Of a stretch of 49,283 nt of DNA, positions 20,216 through 32,521 are shown one piece after another. The position numbers and the translations under genes are program-made. The notes below the pieces were generated by a model. The model did no database searches. It was given only the letters and a program-made list of their open reading frames with translations, and was not told the DNA's origin. Source of the stretch: Pseudomonadota bacterium (GTDB lineage Bacteria; Desulfobacterota; QYQD01; JAZDGK01); assembly GCA_043806955.1 (NCBI GenBank), contig JAZDGK010000257.1, positions 1 to 49,283 on the forward strand, given 5' to 3'. The number at the start of each line of letters is the position of its first letter. The stretch's first letter is position 1.

Positions 20216-21479
20216 CTGCCCCTCGATCCGCGAAATCCGGGATTTCCTCGCCGCGCACGAGCGACTCGTAATCTTCCCTGCGTCGTATAACGGAAAACTG
20301 ATTACCTTTGGCCATGACTTCCGCTACCCGTGGACGGCTGTTGTAATTCGATGACATGGAAAAGCCATAAGCCCCCGCGCTCATCACTGCAATGAGCTCT
20401 CCCGGCCTGAGAACCGGAAGCTCTCTACCCTTTGCCAGAAAGTCCCCGGACTCACAGATCGGTCCGACCACATCGGCCTTTACTCTTCCTCCGTTACTAC
20501 TGTTGACCGGCCAGATAGCATGGTACGAACTGTAAAGGCTTGGTCTCGCCAAATCGTTCATTCCGGCATCAACGATATAGAAAGTCTTGTGACCGTTATT
20601 CTTGGTGTATAATACTTTGGAGACCAGCGCTCCTGCGTTTCCCACAAGCACGCGCCCGGGTTCGAGAATCAGTGTTGCGTCAAGAGAGCTCATCTCGTCC
20701 ATGATAGCGGAGGCGTATGCCGCAGGGTGAGGAGGCTCTTCCTGATCATACGTTATCCCCAGTCCCCCCCCAAGGTCGAGATAGCGGATACGTATACCTT
20801 CAACCTGGAGTTCTGCAATGAGTTCCTTCAGTTTTTTCAGGGCCTCCACAAACGGCTCAACTTCGGTGATCTGAGACCCTATGTGGCAGCTCACTCCAAT
20901 GATCTCAATATTTGACAGTGCCCGCGCCTTCTTGTACTCGGCAATAGCGCGCTTGATCTCAATCCCGAACTTGTTCTTTTTTAGACCCGTTGAAATATAG
21001 GGATGAGTTTTCGGATCCACATCCGGGTTGACCCTCAGTGCTATCCGCGCTTTCGCGTTCATTCTGCCGGCGGTCTCGTTCAAGGCATCCAGCTCTTCTG
21101 AGGATTCGACATTAAACATCAGGATACCGGCCCTGAGCGCGAACCGGAGCTCGTCGAGACTCTTTCCCACGCCCGAATAGACAATCTTTTCCGGTGGGAC
21201 ACCGGCGCGCAGTGCCCGGTAAAGTTCCCCGCCTGAAACGATGTCCGCGCCTCCCCCCATTCGAGCGAACAGGCTGACAATAGCGAGATTCGAATTCGCC
21301 TTAAGAGCGAAACAGACCATGTGGGGAACCTTACCAAAAGCTTGGTCAAATGTCTCAAAGTGGTGAGTGAGGGTACTGTGGCTGTAAATGTAAAAAGGCG
21401 TGCCCACTGTTTCCGCTATGGAAGCAATCGGGACGTCTTCACAGTATAGATGATCATCCCTGTAATTAAAGTGGTGCAA
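20202..21479 (-). CDS. lysA: Diaminopimelate decarboxylase
   Basis: FALKAN (PLP Lys), HIGSQ, DLGGG, EPGR, GPICESGD, SNYNSR. Confidence 0.97.
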   Translation of the reverse strand: MHHFNYRDDHLYCEDVPIASIAETVGTPFYIYSHSTLTHHFETFDQAFGKVPHMVCFALKANSNLAIVSLFARMGGGADIVSGGELYRALRAGVPPEKIVYSGVGKSLDELRFALRAGILMFNVESSEELDALNETAGRMNAKARIALRVNPDVDPKTHPYISTGLKKNKFGIEIKRAIAEYKKARALSNIEIIGVSCHIGSQITEVEPFVEALKKLKELIAELQVEGIRIRYLDLGGGLGITYDQEEPPHPAAYASAIMDEMSSLDATLILEPGRVLVGNAGALVSKVLYTKNNGHKTFYIVDAGMNDLARPSLYSSYHAIWPVNSSNGGRVKADVVGPICESGDFLAKGRELPVLRPGELIAVMSAGAYGFSMSSNYNSRPRVAEVMAKGNQFSVIRRREDYESLVRGEEIPDFADRGADDPR

Positions 21480-21654
21480 ATCTCACGTCCTCCAGAAGAT
21501 GTTAACCGTTCACCGAGGAAGTTTATTAGTTTATTTAGTTTGTTTGGTTTCCCTACTCACTCCCGCATACCACCCGAAACTCCTCATCACTCAGTACTTT
21601 CCCATCATTCCGAAATCCCAAATCCGAAATCCGAAATAGAAAGACTCAGCACTT

Positions 21655-22616
21655 CTATTCATCCCTGATTTCCGGTCTCGGTGGCGGCGTCTCTCTCGCG
21701 GCCTCGGGTAGGGCGGTCGCCTCATTGCTTTCGCCCCCTTCGATAAACGTCCCTCTAATCTCCCTGAAGCTCCTGATCTTATAGGCGTACGATATACCGT
21801 TAATTACAGAATGGTCCTCGAACACGCTCTCAGTAAGATTCCCCGGAACAGTCAGGCGCTTGAACGCGCCGTTTCCCTCGCGCCGGTATATATGATAATA
21901 CACTGGTCCCGTGACGGAAGCATTACCAGGGGGGTCCAGCTCAATTTCACCCATCCATCCCCGGCCTGAGCCTCGAGTTCGGAAGGAGACCCCGGTGGCG
22001 CCTCAAAATAGACTGCCATGGGAGCGGATATCTGGCCCTCCCACCCATCCTCATCTACAGCCTGAACGGCATATACGTATTTATGCCCGCAGGCAACGTC
22101 CTTGTCTTCGAAACGGGCCGCATTATTCGCAGACCCGTCTCTTCCTACGCGTGCCCAACTGACGAAATGGGTTCTCGTGAACCGGACAGGGCAGCTTGGG
22201 CAGTCTTCGGCAAAGCTGTTCATACCTTTGTATACTTTAAATCCTGAAATCTCAACCGGAGATCCCTCCTTGCGCTTCAAAGGCGGTTTCCAGGTCAGGA
22301 TAACGGATCGATCGGTTACCGCTGAGGAAAGCTCTGTTACTTCTCTGGGGACAGCCTGTGACGGGGACACCGGCAGCATCTTCTTCCCGCAGGAAGCGGT
22401 GCACATGAACAGAGTCGACGTAAGGGACGCGGCCAAAAGTAATTGTCCCACCTTGCTTGTCCTTTGGTCCGTCTTCCGCGTTGCACCACAGGTTACATAC
22501 GAAAAGTATGCGCCCTTTGATGCGCCTTGAATACGAACCAAAATCCTGCGCCATCTGGAACAATTATTTTCGGCCGAGTCCCTAAAACATATACTCAAGA
22601 GATCACGAATACGCAT
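21655..22616 (-). pseudogene. Fibronectin type III-like lipoprotein, frameshifted, with a MITE in its signal peptide
   Basis: Lipobox ASC-GKK and FN3-like LTWKPP / YAVQAVD / YKIRS segments; split into ORFs 21852..22634 and 21655..21954 at the G6 run 21929-21934. Confidence 0.75.
22424..22582. mobile_element. 159-bp MITE with TAA TSD, inserted in frame
   Basis: Imperfect TIR GGGAC(G/T)CGGCC(A/G)AAA(G/A)TAATTGT; TAA at 22421-22423 and 22583-22585. Confidence 0.85.
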
Positions 22617-22702
22617 AAAGACTTTTTGAACCAAAGAATAGTGCCCAGGGTGAGCTAAAGTGCCCGCCTATGTTTCTGAGGCGGACCTGAAGTTGGGGAT
22701 GC

Positions 22703-22809
22703 TATAGACTTTCAGATAATGTTTTTGGGAAGGCAGCAGGGAGGGGATAGTACCTGTTCGTACATCCCCGACCGATAACGCACCCAAAAGCTTTATCTGG
22801 AAGTCTATA
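22703..22809. mobile_element. 107-bp family B MITE, uninterrupted copy
   Basis: Near-exact reverse complement of 141..247. Confidence 0.85.
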
Positions 22810-22993
22810 TCAGTAATTAATGTCCAATGTTCAGTGCTCAATATCCAATCCTCAATTAGGAGATCTATTGGAACTTGGACATTGGACATTCGTCTTACCC
22901 ATCTTCGCACCTTCTCACCTTCCCAACTTCCATCTCTCCCATTCCGCATTCCGTAATGAAAAAATCCCTCAACGATCCTCTTCTGCCTGCTGC

Positions 22994-24397
22994 CTACCGC
23001 CTTACCTTAGCCTTTCCCTCCCTCAGCTCCTTTTCCGCCGCCCTGATGGCAGCCAGGACTTGCTTGCCTGCCGTTCCACCTGTCAATGCCCGGCTCTCTA
23101 CAGAGTGCCTGGGATCAATACGCTCGACAATGTCGGAATCGATTTGGTCGGAAAAAGACCTGAATTCCTCAATGGAAAGGTCTTTCAGTTCACAATCCTT
23201 TTCAAGGCAATAACGGACCAGGCGCCCGACTATTGCATGAGCCTCGCGGAAAGGCACCTTCTTAAGCACCAGGTAGTCGGCAAGATCCGTCGCGGTCAAG
23301 AAGCCCTGCTGGACCGCGGCCTTCATTCTGTCTTCTCTGAATTCAACCTCCCGCAGCATGGCGTTGAAGACCGCAAGTACCTGAGTGACCGTATCAACCG
23401 TGTCAAAAAGTGCCTCTTTGTCTTCCTGCATGTCCCGGTTATAGGACAACGGCAAACCCTTCATCATTGTCAGAACTGACACAAGGTTCCCAAAAACGCG
23501 GCCTGATTTACCTCTGACCAGTTCGGGGACATCCGGATTCTTTTTCTGGGGCATAATGCTGCTTCCCGTACAGAAAGCATCCCCGATATCGACAAAAGAA
23601 AACTCCGTGCTCGACCAGAGGACAAGCTCTTCAGCAAAGCGGCTCAGGTGCATGGCCAGGATCGCGCAATCGGACATGAATTCGATAACAAAGTCTCTGT
23701 CACTTACGGCATCGATGCTGTTTGCGGATACGGCCGGAAAATTCAGCAGCTTCCCTGTATAGTCCCTGTCGATGGGCAGCCCGGTGCCCGCCAGGGCCGC
23801 ACTCCCGAGCGGCAGCACATTTATCCTTTTGAGACATTCGGAAAAACGCTCTCCATCCCTCTTGAGCATCTCATAATACGCCATGAGATGGTGGGCGAGA
23901 AGAACCGGCTGGGCATGCTGCATATGCGTGAATCCGGGCATTATGGTCTTTGAAAACCGCCGGGCGAGACCGACTATGGTTCCCTGGAGCAGCCTTATGA
24001 GTTCCACTATCTCCAGGGTTTTTCCCCGCAGGTACAGGCGCAAATCCGTGGCCACCTGATCGTTCCGGCTCCTTGCTGTATGCAGTTTTTCACCGGCCGG
24101 ACCGATCCGGTCGACGAGCGCCTTTTCAATATGCATGTGGATATCTTCAAGCGCCGGGGTAAAAACAAAGCTCCCCTGATCGAGATCTTTCTTGATGGCC
24201 AGAAGCCCGTCGATAATCAGTCGAGCCTCTTCACGGGTAATCAGCTTCTGCTTTGCGAGCATGCGACAATGGGCGATACTGCCCTCGATATCATAAGGAT
24301 ACAGTCTATGATCAAAATGAATGGAGGCGGTAAAGTCCTCAACCAGCTTTGAGGTATCCTGCCTGAACCTTCCCCCCCAGGGTTTTTTCTCAGCCAT
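22994..24397 (-). CDS. argH: Argininosuccinate lyase
   Basis: WGGRF, HTARSRNDQ, GSSIMPQKKNPD; start taken at MAEKK. Confidence 0.97.
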   Translation of the reverse strand: MAEKKPWGGRFRQDTSKLVEDFTASIHFDHRLYPYDIEGSIAHCRMLAKQKLITREEARLIIDGLLAIKKDLDQGSFVFTPALEDIHMHIEKALVDRIGPAGEKLHTARSRNDQVATDLRLYLRGKTLEIVELIRLLQGTIVGLARRFSKTIMPGFTHMQHAQPVLLAHHLMAYYEMLKRDGERFSECLKRINVLPLGSAALAGTGLPIDRDYTGKLLNFPAVSANSIDAVSDRDFVIEFMSDCAILAMHLSRFAEELVLWSSTEFSFVDIGDAFCTGSSIMPQKKNPDVPELVRGKSGRVFGNLVSVLTMMKGLPLSYNRDMQEDKEALFDTVDTVTQVLAVFNAMLREVEFREDRMKAAVQQGFLTATDLADYLVLKKVPFREAHAIVGRLVRYCLEKDCELKDLSIEEFRSFSDQIDSDIVERIDPRHSVESRALTGGTAGKQVLAAIRAAEKELREGKAKVRR

Positions 24398-24690
24398 TTT
24401 CGTCTCGTTCACCGTTGGCCGTTCGCCGATTGCGGTTTGTTTAGGGACCCGGAAAATGCCGGTATACCGTCCATAGGTCAATTCCCAATATCGAATGTCC
24501 AATACTCAATGTCCAAGGGAGGACTCTCTCCTGATTGGAAATTGGTTATTGAGCATTGAACATTGGACATTGATCCTAAAGCGGCATGCTAGACAGTTCT
24601 AACTCCATTAGTTTGTTCAGTTTATTTGGCTTGATTCCCTATTCACTCCCGTATACAACCCGCAACCCCTCGTCACTCAGTACTCAGCAC

Positions 24691-25908
24691 TCAGCACTTT
24701 TTGTCATTCCGCATTTGTAACGCCTGCACTTTTAGTCGCAATGCATTGAGCCGGATGAATCCTTCAGCGTCTTTTTGCCGGTAAATACTGTCCTCTTCAA
24801 AGGTGGCCAACGCCGGGACATACAAAGAGCAGTCGGATTTCCGGCCCACGACCGTACAATTGCCCTTATATAGTTTCAGCCTTACTGTGCCTGTGACATT
24901 GATCTGGGTCTCGTCAACGGTCTTTTGCAGGAGGCGCATCTCGGGCGAAAACCAGAAACCGTAGTAGATTATCTCGGAATAACGGGGAATCAGGCTGTCT
25001 CTAATACGCATCACTTCCCGGTCCATGGTTATCGATTCAAGGGCTTGATGGGCGATTCTTATGATGGTCCCGCCGGGAGTTTCATATACACCACGAGACT
25101 TTATCCCCACAAACCGGTTCTCGACCATGTCGATTCGTCCTATCCCGTTCAATCCGCCCAACTCATTCAGCCTGGTTAGAGTCTCGGCGGGACTGCCGGC
25201 AACCCCATCGATGGCCACAGGATCGCCCTTTGCAAAGTCGATTTCCAGATATGAAGACTTGGAAGGCGCTTTTTCAGGCGACCGTGTCAATCTGAACATG
25301 TCTGCCGGCGGTTCTTTCCACGGGTCCTCCAGTATTCCGCCTTCATAACTCGAATGGAGCAGATTACTGTCGCAACTGTACGGTCTCTTTTTGGTAGTCG
25401 GAACCGGGATACCGTGTTTACGGGCAAATTTGATCAGGTCCTGCCGTGAGCGGAAATCCCATTCCCTCCAGGGAGCAATTGCCTTGAGCTCCGGGTTGAG
25501 AGCCATATAGGTTAGTTCGAAGCGAACCTGGTCATTTCCCTTCCCGGTCGCACCGTGACTTACGGCATCCGCCTTCTCTTTTTTCGCTATTTCAACCTGC
25601 CGGCTGGCAATCAGCGGCCTTGCCAGCGACGTACCGAGCAGATAACCGCTCTCATAGACAGCATTGGCCCGGAATGCAGGAAAAACATAATCCCTTACAA
25701 AAGTCTCCCGGAGGTCATCTATATAGACCTTGTCCGCCCCGGTATCAACGGCCTTTTTCCTTACCGCTTCCCAGTCCTCTTCCTGGCCGATATCGGCCGA
25801 AAAAGCTACAATGCGGCAATCATACGTCTCCTTCAGCCATTTCAGAATAACCGAAGTATCCAATCCCCCTGAATATGCCAGGACTATCTTCTTAATCCCC
25901 TCACCCAT
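24691..25908 (-). CDS. argG: Argininosuccinate synthase
   Basis: [35 protein letters not shown]. Confidence 0.97.
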   Translation of the reverse strand: MGEGIKKIVLAYSGGLDTSVILKWLKETYDCRIVAFSADIGQEEDWEAVRKKAVDTGADKVYIDDLRETFVRDYVFPAFRANAVYESGYLLGTSLARPLIASRQVEIAKKEKADAVSHGATGKGNDQVRFELTYMALNPELKAIAPWREWDFRSRQDLIKFARKHGIPVPTTKKRPYSCDSNLLHSSYEGGILEDPWKEPPADMFRLTRSPEKAPSKSSYLEIDFAKGDPVAIDGVAGSPAETLTRLNELGGLNGIGRIDMVENRFVGIKSRGVYETPGGTIIRIAHQALESITMDREVMRIRDSLIPRYSEIIYYGFWFSPEMRLLQKTVDETQINVTGTVRLKLYKGNCTVVGRKSDCSLYVPALATFEEDSIYRQKDAEGFIRLNALRLKVQALQMRNDKKC

Positions 25909-25956
25909 TCGAACCTCTCACATCAAACATCATGTTCACCACCCGCTCCGCTGAAG

Positions 25957-26175
25957 ACCACGAAGCACACGAAGGAAATTGTTTCTCTTTTGAGCCTCCT
26001 GCAAAACTCCGACATGGACCTCGCGCCCGCGATCAGCGAAGCGGCGCTCGTAATCGAAAAGTAGTGTCGTGCACAAGGAATCGATTACGATTACGGGCAC
26101 GAAGTGAAGGCAGGACACTTGCAAGAAGCTCTTTAGAAAATAAGTTCTTCGTGTTCTTCGTGCCCTTCGTGGTGC
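25957..26175. repeat. CACGAAG / CTTCGTG inverted repeat element enclosing a family A-like TIR element
   Basis: ACCACGAAGCACACGAAG...CTTCGTGTTCTTCGTGCCCTTCGTGGT; inner GAGCCTCCTGCAA...TTGCAAGAAGCTC; similar element at ~38776-38866. Confidence 0.6.
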
Positions 26176-26183
26176 AAATTCTT

Positions 26184-27098
26184 CTATTTTATCATCTTGA
26201 CCAGTATGGCCTTGTGTACGTGGAGTTTGTTCTCGGCTTGGTCAAAGACGACGGACTGCGAGCCCTCAAGGACTTCATCCGTTATTTCCTCGCCCCTGTG
26301 GGCAGGCAGGCACTGGAGAACTATGCAGTCCTTCTTCGCACACATCAACAACTCGTTGTTTACCTGGTACGGCTGAAACACCTTTTTGCGTTCCGACGCC
26401 TGGTCTTCCTGTCCCATACTGGCCCATACGTCCGTATTGATCACGTCCGCATCTTTGCAGGCATCTTTTGCGTCCTCCGTCACTTCGATGAGTTTCGGGG
26501 CTCTCCGCCGAGCCGGTTCCAGTATCTCAGTTCTGGGATAGTATCCTTTCGGACAGGCCAGGGTCAGAGAAAAGCCGACCAGTGCAGCCGCCTCTATCCA
26601 TGAGTGGGCGACATTGTTGCCGTCCCCCACCCAGACAACTTTCAGGTCCTCTATGGGGCCTTTTTTCTCGTTCACTGTCATCATGTCACTCAGAACCTGG
26701 CAGGGATGGTACAGATCGGTCAGCCCGTTAATAACCGGAATAGCCGCATTCGCCGCAAGTCCTTCCACGACGTCCTGACCGAACGTTCGCACAACCAACC
26801 CGTCCAGATAACGCGAGAGGACCCGGGCCGTGTCGGACAGTGGTTCATTGCGCGATAATTGTGTATCCCGGCTGGACAAAAATGTGACATTTCCGCCAAG
26901 CTGAAACATGGCCGCCTCAAAAGAGACACGGGTACGCGTCGATGCCTTTTCAAAGATGAGGCCGATGGTCTTTCCGACCAAGGGCCGGTGTTTGTAGCGC
27001 AATTCATCTTTGTTCTCTTTCAGGGCCGCTGCCTGGTCGATAATGCCCTCGATTTCCGTTTTGGTCAGGTCTTTTATGGCCAGAAGATCCTTCTTCAT
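26184..27098 (-). CDS. argF: Ornithine carbamoyltransferase
   Basis: STRTRVSFE, HPCQ, DGNNV, WASMG, CLPAHRGEE. Confidence 0.97.
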   Translation of the reverse strand: MKKDLLAIKDLTKTEIEGIIDQAAALKENKDELRYKHRPLVGKTIGLIFEKASTRTRVSFEAAMFQLGGNVTFLSSRDTQLSRNEPLSDTARVLSRYLDGLVVRTFGQDVVEGLAANAAIPVINGLTDLYHPCQVLSDMMTVNEKKGPIEDLKVVWVGDGNNVAHSWIEAAALVGFSLTLACPKGYYPRTEILEPARRRAPKLIEVTEDAKDACKDADVINTDVWASMGQEDQASERKKVFQPYQVNNELLMCAKKDCIVLQCLPAHRGEEITDEVLEGSQSVVFDQAENKLHVHKAILVKMIK

Positions 27099-28303
27099 AA
27101 CATCTCCCTGCATTCCTTATCCAGCGCCAAAAGGAGCGAGTCGATTTCCAACTTAGTAATGATAAGAGGCGGTGCAAACCGAAGGATACTCCCTTGGGTA
27201 CAATTGATCAGAAAGCCTTTTTCCAGGAGTGCCTTTACGATTCCGCCTCCTTCACCCGTCAATTCCATCCCGAGAATAAGTCCCAGCCCGCGCACATCTT
27301 TTATCAGCGAAGGATATTGGCCTGCCAGGCTCTCAAGTCCCTCTTTGAAATACGCTCCCATCTCTCGGCAGTTCGCCAGGAGACTTCCCTCGATCAGCTT
27401 TTGAACTACGACTTTGGCCGCGCTGCACGCCACGGGATTGCCTCCAAAAGTTGAAGCGTGCGTGCCGGGTGTGAAGGCCCGGGCAACATCCTCTATGGCC
27501 AGAAGCGCCCCAAGCGGGAGCCCGTTTGCCAAAGCTTTGGCCAGAGTCAGAATGTCGGGCTTAACATCATAGTGCTCATAGGCAAAGACTGTCCCCGTCC
27601 GCCCCATACCAACCTGAACTTCATCGAAAATGAGTATCAGCCCGCGTTCATTGCAGAGTTCTCTTACACCGTTCAAATAATCGCGACTGAACGAAATCAC
27701 CCCTCCCTCGCACTGCAATGGTTCCATCAAAACAGCACAGGTCTTCTGGGTGATGCCCTCCCTCATGGCCTGAAGGTCGCCTGCAGCCACATGTTTAAAT
27801 CCGTCGACTAAGGGTTCGAATCCTTTATGGAATTTTGTCTGCCCGGTTGCAGAGAGCGCGGCAAGAGTGCGCCCATGAAAAGACCCTGTCAGGGAAATGA
27901 GCTCATACCGGCCGGTTCCGAACCGGTCATGCGAGTACTTCCTCGCAAGTTTGATGGCAGCTTCATTGGCCTCAGCCCCGCTGTTACAGAAAAAGGCCTT
28001 GTCCGCGAAGGAATTGTTTACCAGAAGCTCAGCCAGCTCTACCTGGGGAATTGTGCCGAACAGATTGGAAGTATGGACCAGTTTCCCGGCCTGATTGCTT
28101 ATCGCTTCAGCCACTTCGGGATGAGCATGGCCCAGGCTGCAAACAGCTATTCCCGCAATAAGGTCAAGATAGCTCTTCCCCTCTGAATCCCACACCCGGC
28201 AGCCTTGTCCCCTTACGATAGTGATCGGGGGGGGACTGTACGTATGCATCAGATACTTGTCGATCAAATCCAGCCAGTGTTTGTTATTCATGTTCAATCC
28301 CAA
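27095..28303 (-). CDS. argD: Acetylornithine aminotransferase
   Basis: NSGAEANE, SFHGRT, DEVQVGMGRTG, AKALANG, HASTFGGNP; arg operon context. Confidence 0.95.
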   Translation of the reverse strand: MGLNMNNKHWLDLIDKYLMHTYSPPPITIVRGQGCRVWDSEGKSYLDLIAGIAVCSLGHAHPEVAEAISNQAGKLVHTSNLFGTIPQVELAELLVNNSFADKAFFCNSGAEANEAAIKLARKYSHDRFGTGRYELISLTGSFHGRTLAALSATGQTKFHKGFEPLVDGFKHVAAGDLQAMREGITQKTCAVLMEPLQCEGGVISFSRDYLNGVRELCNERGLILIFDEVQVGMGRTGTVFAYEHYDVKPDILTLAKALANGLPLGALLAIEDVARAFTPGTHASTFGGNPVACSAAKVVVQKLIEGSLLANCREMGAYFKEGLESLAGQYPSLIKDVRGLGLILGMELTGEGGGIVKALLEKGFLINCTQGSILRFAPPLIITKLEIDSLLLALDKECREML

Positions 28304-28487
28304 TCATAAGAGTGCCTGAAGTGCCCAGACGGCTGGGAAGCCAGGAAGCTGGGAGGCCGGATGAGATGCGGCCTGCCGCGATGCGCACGCCTCTTCAGCC
28401 TCCCAGCTTCCCAACTTCGCACCTTCTCACCCTCCCAACTTCCATCCTTTTCCCATTCCCAAATCCGAAATCCGAAATCCGAAATCT

Positions 28488-29370
<883 letters not shown>

Positions 29371-29394
29371 CTAATACCCTTCCACCGCAGAGCA

Positions 29395-29486
29395 CAATGC
29401 TGTTGAATTAAGGAATACTGTCAGGATACCCTCGCCCCGTCCGCGGGGAGAGGGCAGGAGTCAGATTCCTTAATTCAACAGCATTG
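29395..29486. mobile_element. MITE-like element (family D)
   Basis: Perfect 22-bp TIR CAATGCTGTTGAATTAAGGAAT; flanks ACCGCAGAGCA / ACCGCAGAGGA; longer opposite-orientation copy at 36980..37145. Confidence 0.8.
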
Positions 29487-29575
29487 ACCGCAGAGGACAC
29501 GAAGTACGCAGAGATAATCCGAAAAGAGGAGACAGAATCCCTTCTCTGCGATCTCGGCGTGCTCTGCGGTAAATA

Positions 29576-30946
29576 TCACAGTATAAACCTGCTCAGGTCT
29601 TCGTCTTTGATAATCTCGCCTAACCGGTCCCGAACATAGTCGGCGCTTATGGCAAAATCCATATGCTCCATGTCAGGGGCGTTAAACGATAGCTCGTCGA
29701 GCAGCTTCTCCATGACTGTATGGAGCCGCCGGGCCCCGATATTCTCTGTCCGCTCATTTACCAGTGAAGCTATCGACGCTATTTCCTCGATCGCTTCGGA
29801 TTCAAAATTCAGGGTAAGGCTTTCCGTTTCCATAAGGGCCTGGTACTGCTTAAGCAAGGCATTCCGGGGCTCCGTCAGGATGCGCACGAATTCCTTCTTG
29901 CCCAGGGCGTCAAGCTCCACGCGGATCGGAAAACGGCCCTGCAATTCAGGGATCAAATCGGAAGGTTTGGACATGTGAAAAGCCCCGCTTGCGATAAAAA
30001 GAATATGGTCGGTCCTCACCATGCCGTATTTCGTATTGACCGTAGTGCCTTCCACAATGGGCAGAAGATCCCGCTGAACCCCGAGGCGCGACACATCGGG
30101 ACCGTGTCCCTGCTCCCGGCTGGCGATCTTGTCTATTTCGTCAAGAAATATTATTCCGGCATGTTCGACCCGTTTTATGGCCTGTTCCGTAACCGCCTCC
30201 ATATCGATAAGTCTCTGGCTTTCCTCCTGTATCAGAATCTCAAGCGCCTCCGGCACTTTCACCTTGCGCCTTTTCGTCCGCTTTGGGAAGATGTTGCCGA
30301 AAACCTCGCGGAGGTTGATATCCATCTCTTCCATGCCGGCGGCTGAGAATACCTCAACGACCGGTGTGGCCCTTTGCGACACTTCCAGGTCCACAAAGCG
30401 GTCATCAAGCTTCCCGTTCCGAAACAGCTTCCGGAGTTTTTCCCGGGTTTCGCTCTTCTCCGGCAAGGATATCCGGGGCGCATGCTCTTCGGGCGCGTCC
30501 GGAACAGGATGTGTCTCTTTTCCCGCGGGCAGGAGAATATCCAGGAGCTTTTCTTCGGCAATCTCAGAAGCCTTCAGTTTCACGTTTTCCCGTTCTTCCG
30601 CCTTTACTATGTTCACAGCCAGTTCGGTCAAATCCCGAATCATGCTTTCTACATCGCGTCCGACATAACCGACCTCCGTAAACTTGGATGCCTCTATCTT
30701 CAGAAACGGAGATTGAGTAAGTTTGGCCAGACGTCTGGCGATTTCGGTCTTTCCCACTCCAGTGGGCCCGATCATTATGATATTCTTGGGAGCAATCTCG
30801 TCTCGCAGATGCTCCGGAACCTGTTGTCTCCGCCATCTGTTCCTCAGGGCGATGGCTACGGACCTTTTGGCCCTGTCCTGCCCCACAATATACTTGTCCA
30901 GTTCCGCCACGATTTGACGCGGCGTCAGGGTTTCTATATCAATCAT
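29576..30946 (-). CDS. hslU: ATP-dependent protease ATPase subunit HslU
   Basis: [46 protein letters not shown]. Confidence 0.97.
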   Translation of the reverse strand: MIDIETLTPRQIVAELDKYIVGQDRAKRSVAIALRNRWRRQQVPEHLRDEIAPKNIIMIGPTGVGKTEIARRLAKLTQSPFLKIEASKFTEVGYVGRDVESMIRDLTELAVNIVKAEERENVKLKASEIAEEKLLDILLPAGKETHPVPDAPEEHAPRISLPEKSETREKLRKLFRNGKLDDRFVDLEVSQRATPVVEVFSAAGMEEMDINLREVFGNIFPKRTKRRKVKVPEALEILIQEESQRLIDMEAVTEQAIKRVEHAGIIFLDEIDKIASREQGHGPDVSRLGVQRDLLPIVEGTTVNTKYGMVRTDHILFIASGAFHMSKPSDLIPELQGRFPIRVELDALGKKEFVRILTEPRNALLKQYQALMETESLTLNFESEAIEEIASIASLVNERTENIGARRLHTVMEKLLDELSFNAPDMEHMDFAISADYVRDRLGEIIKDEDLSRFIL

Positions 30947-31488
30947 AATTTCTCCACGACTATCATTTCGTTGGTATATATGCAGATGGAGGCCGCGATG
31001 CGCAATGCCTCTCTGCAAATGTTCTCAGCATCAAGATCTGACTTGGAGACTAAGGCCCTGGCCGCAGCCAAGGCATACGGCCCGCCTGATCCTACAGCCA
31101 GGAGACCGTCATCGGGTTCGATTACGTCACCGGCCCCGGAGATAAGAAAAGATCTTTCTCCGTCCACCGCGACCAGGAATGCTTCCAAACGCCTCAGAAT
31201 TCGGTCCGTGCGCCAGTCCTTGGCCAGTTCCACAACAGAACGGGTCAGATTCCCGGAATGCTTCTCCAGCTTCTGCTCCAGACGTTCAAAAAGTGTGAAT
31301 GCGTCGGCGGTTGCGCCGGCAAAGCCGGTTATCACCCTGTCTTCATAAAGTCGCCGCACCTTTTTCGCCTGCTGTTTCATAATGGTATTGCCCAATGTAA
31401 CCTGCCCGTCTCCGCCAACAACCACCTCGCCCTTATGACGCACGGCTATTATTGTTGTACCCCTAGTCTTTGCCATGTCATAATCCAT
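30943..31488 (-). CDS. hslV: ATP-dependent protease peptidase subunit HslV
   Basis: TTIIAV (catalytic Thr), [25 protein letters not shown]. Confidence 0.97.
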   Translation of the reverse strand: MDYDMAKTRGTTIIAVRHKGEVVVGGDGQVTLGNTIMKQQAKKVRRLYEDRVITGFAGATADAFTLFERLEQKLEKHSGNLTRSVVELAKDWRTDRILRRLEAFLVAVDGERSFLISGAGDVIEPDDGLLAVGSGGPYALAAARALVSKSDLDAENICREALRIAASICIYTNEMIVVEKL

Positions 31489-31627
31489 GTCTTGTCACCT
31501 ATTAAGAACGTTCACCATTGACTGTTCACCGACTTGGTTTGTTTGGTTTGTTTGGTTTGTCTGCTTTCCCTACTCACTCCCGCATACAACCCGAAACTCC
31601 TCAGTACTCAGCACTCAGCACTCGTCA

Positions 31628-32521
31628 CTAGTCTTTCTTGGCCTTCGGATGTGCGGCGTCATACACAGCCATTAGTTTGTCCACTTTGACGTGCGTATAT
31701 TTCTGTGTAGTGGAAAGGCTGGCATGCCCGAGCATCTCCTGCACCGACCGGAGATCCGCGCCCATGTCGAGGAGATGGGTGGCAAATGTATGTCTCAGCG
31801 CATGGGGGTGCGCACCGTTCAATAGTCCGGCCTCCGCGCTGTATTTTTCGACAAACCGCTCCACGCTCCTCGCTGTAATGCGGCCGCCCCGATGGTTCAA
31901 AAAAAGCGGCCCTGAATCCCCCTCCTCCGGCCCCCGGACAATTTCTTTTCTCTTTGGCAGATAGCCTCTAACCGCTTCAAGGGCCTGCGCACCGATCGGG
32001 ACTATGCGTTCTTTTCTGCCCTTTCCAATCACGCGCACCACACCCAGGGAGAAATCGATGCTTTCAACATTCATGGATACGAGTTCCCCGACCCGAAGGC
32101 CGCAGGAATACAGAACTTCGAGAATGGCCTTGTCCCGCAACGCCTGAAAGGAGTTCCCGCTGGGAGATTCGACAAGGGCAAACGCCTCATCGACCGGCAA
32201 AAACCTCGGGAGATATTTCTCCTGTTTGGGGCTCGAAACCAATTCCGCAGGGTTCTGTTTCAATATACCACGTTTTACCAGGTAACGAAAAAAGGCGCGG
32301 ATCGAGGCGAGCTTTCGATTGATCGAGGAGCGTTTGTTCTTGCCGTGCAATGACGCAAGAAAGGCGCGGATCGCAAGATGATCAACGGAATCCGGCCGGT
32401 TCTTGTCTCCCAGAAAGTCCGCGAACTGCAGCAGATCGCTCTCGTAGCCCCGAAGAGTATTTCCCGAATAGTTCTTCTCGACCGTAAGATACGAAATGAA
32501 CATGCTCAGATATTCTCTCAC
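31628..32521 (-). CDS. xerC: Tyrosine recombinase XerC
   Basis: GLRVGE, GKGRKER, HPHALRHTFATH, LGHASLSTTQKY; upstream of hslVU; start uncertain (ORF extends to 32557). Confidence 0.9.
   Translation of the reverse strand: MREYLSMFISYLTVEKNYSGNTLRGYESDLLQFADFLGDKNRPDSVDHLAIRAFLASLHGKNKRSSINRKLASIRAFFRYLVKRGILKQNPAELVSSPKQEKYLPRFLPVDEAFALVESPSGNSFQALRDKAILEVLYSCGLRVGELVSMNVESIDFSLGVVRVIGKGRKERIVPIGAQALEAVRGYLPKRKEIVRGPEEGDSGPLFLNHRGGRITARSVERFVEKYSAEAGLLNGAHPHALRHTFATHLLDMGADLRSVQEMLGHASLSTTQKYTHVKVDKLMAVYDAAHPKAKKD

Noticed and set aside
30374-31348. 324-aa plus-strand ORF and other long antisense ORFs (39692..40513, 48154..48915, 1474..2139)
   Set aside because: They are shadows of well-supported opposite-strand genes and have no recognisable motifs.
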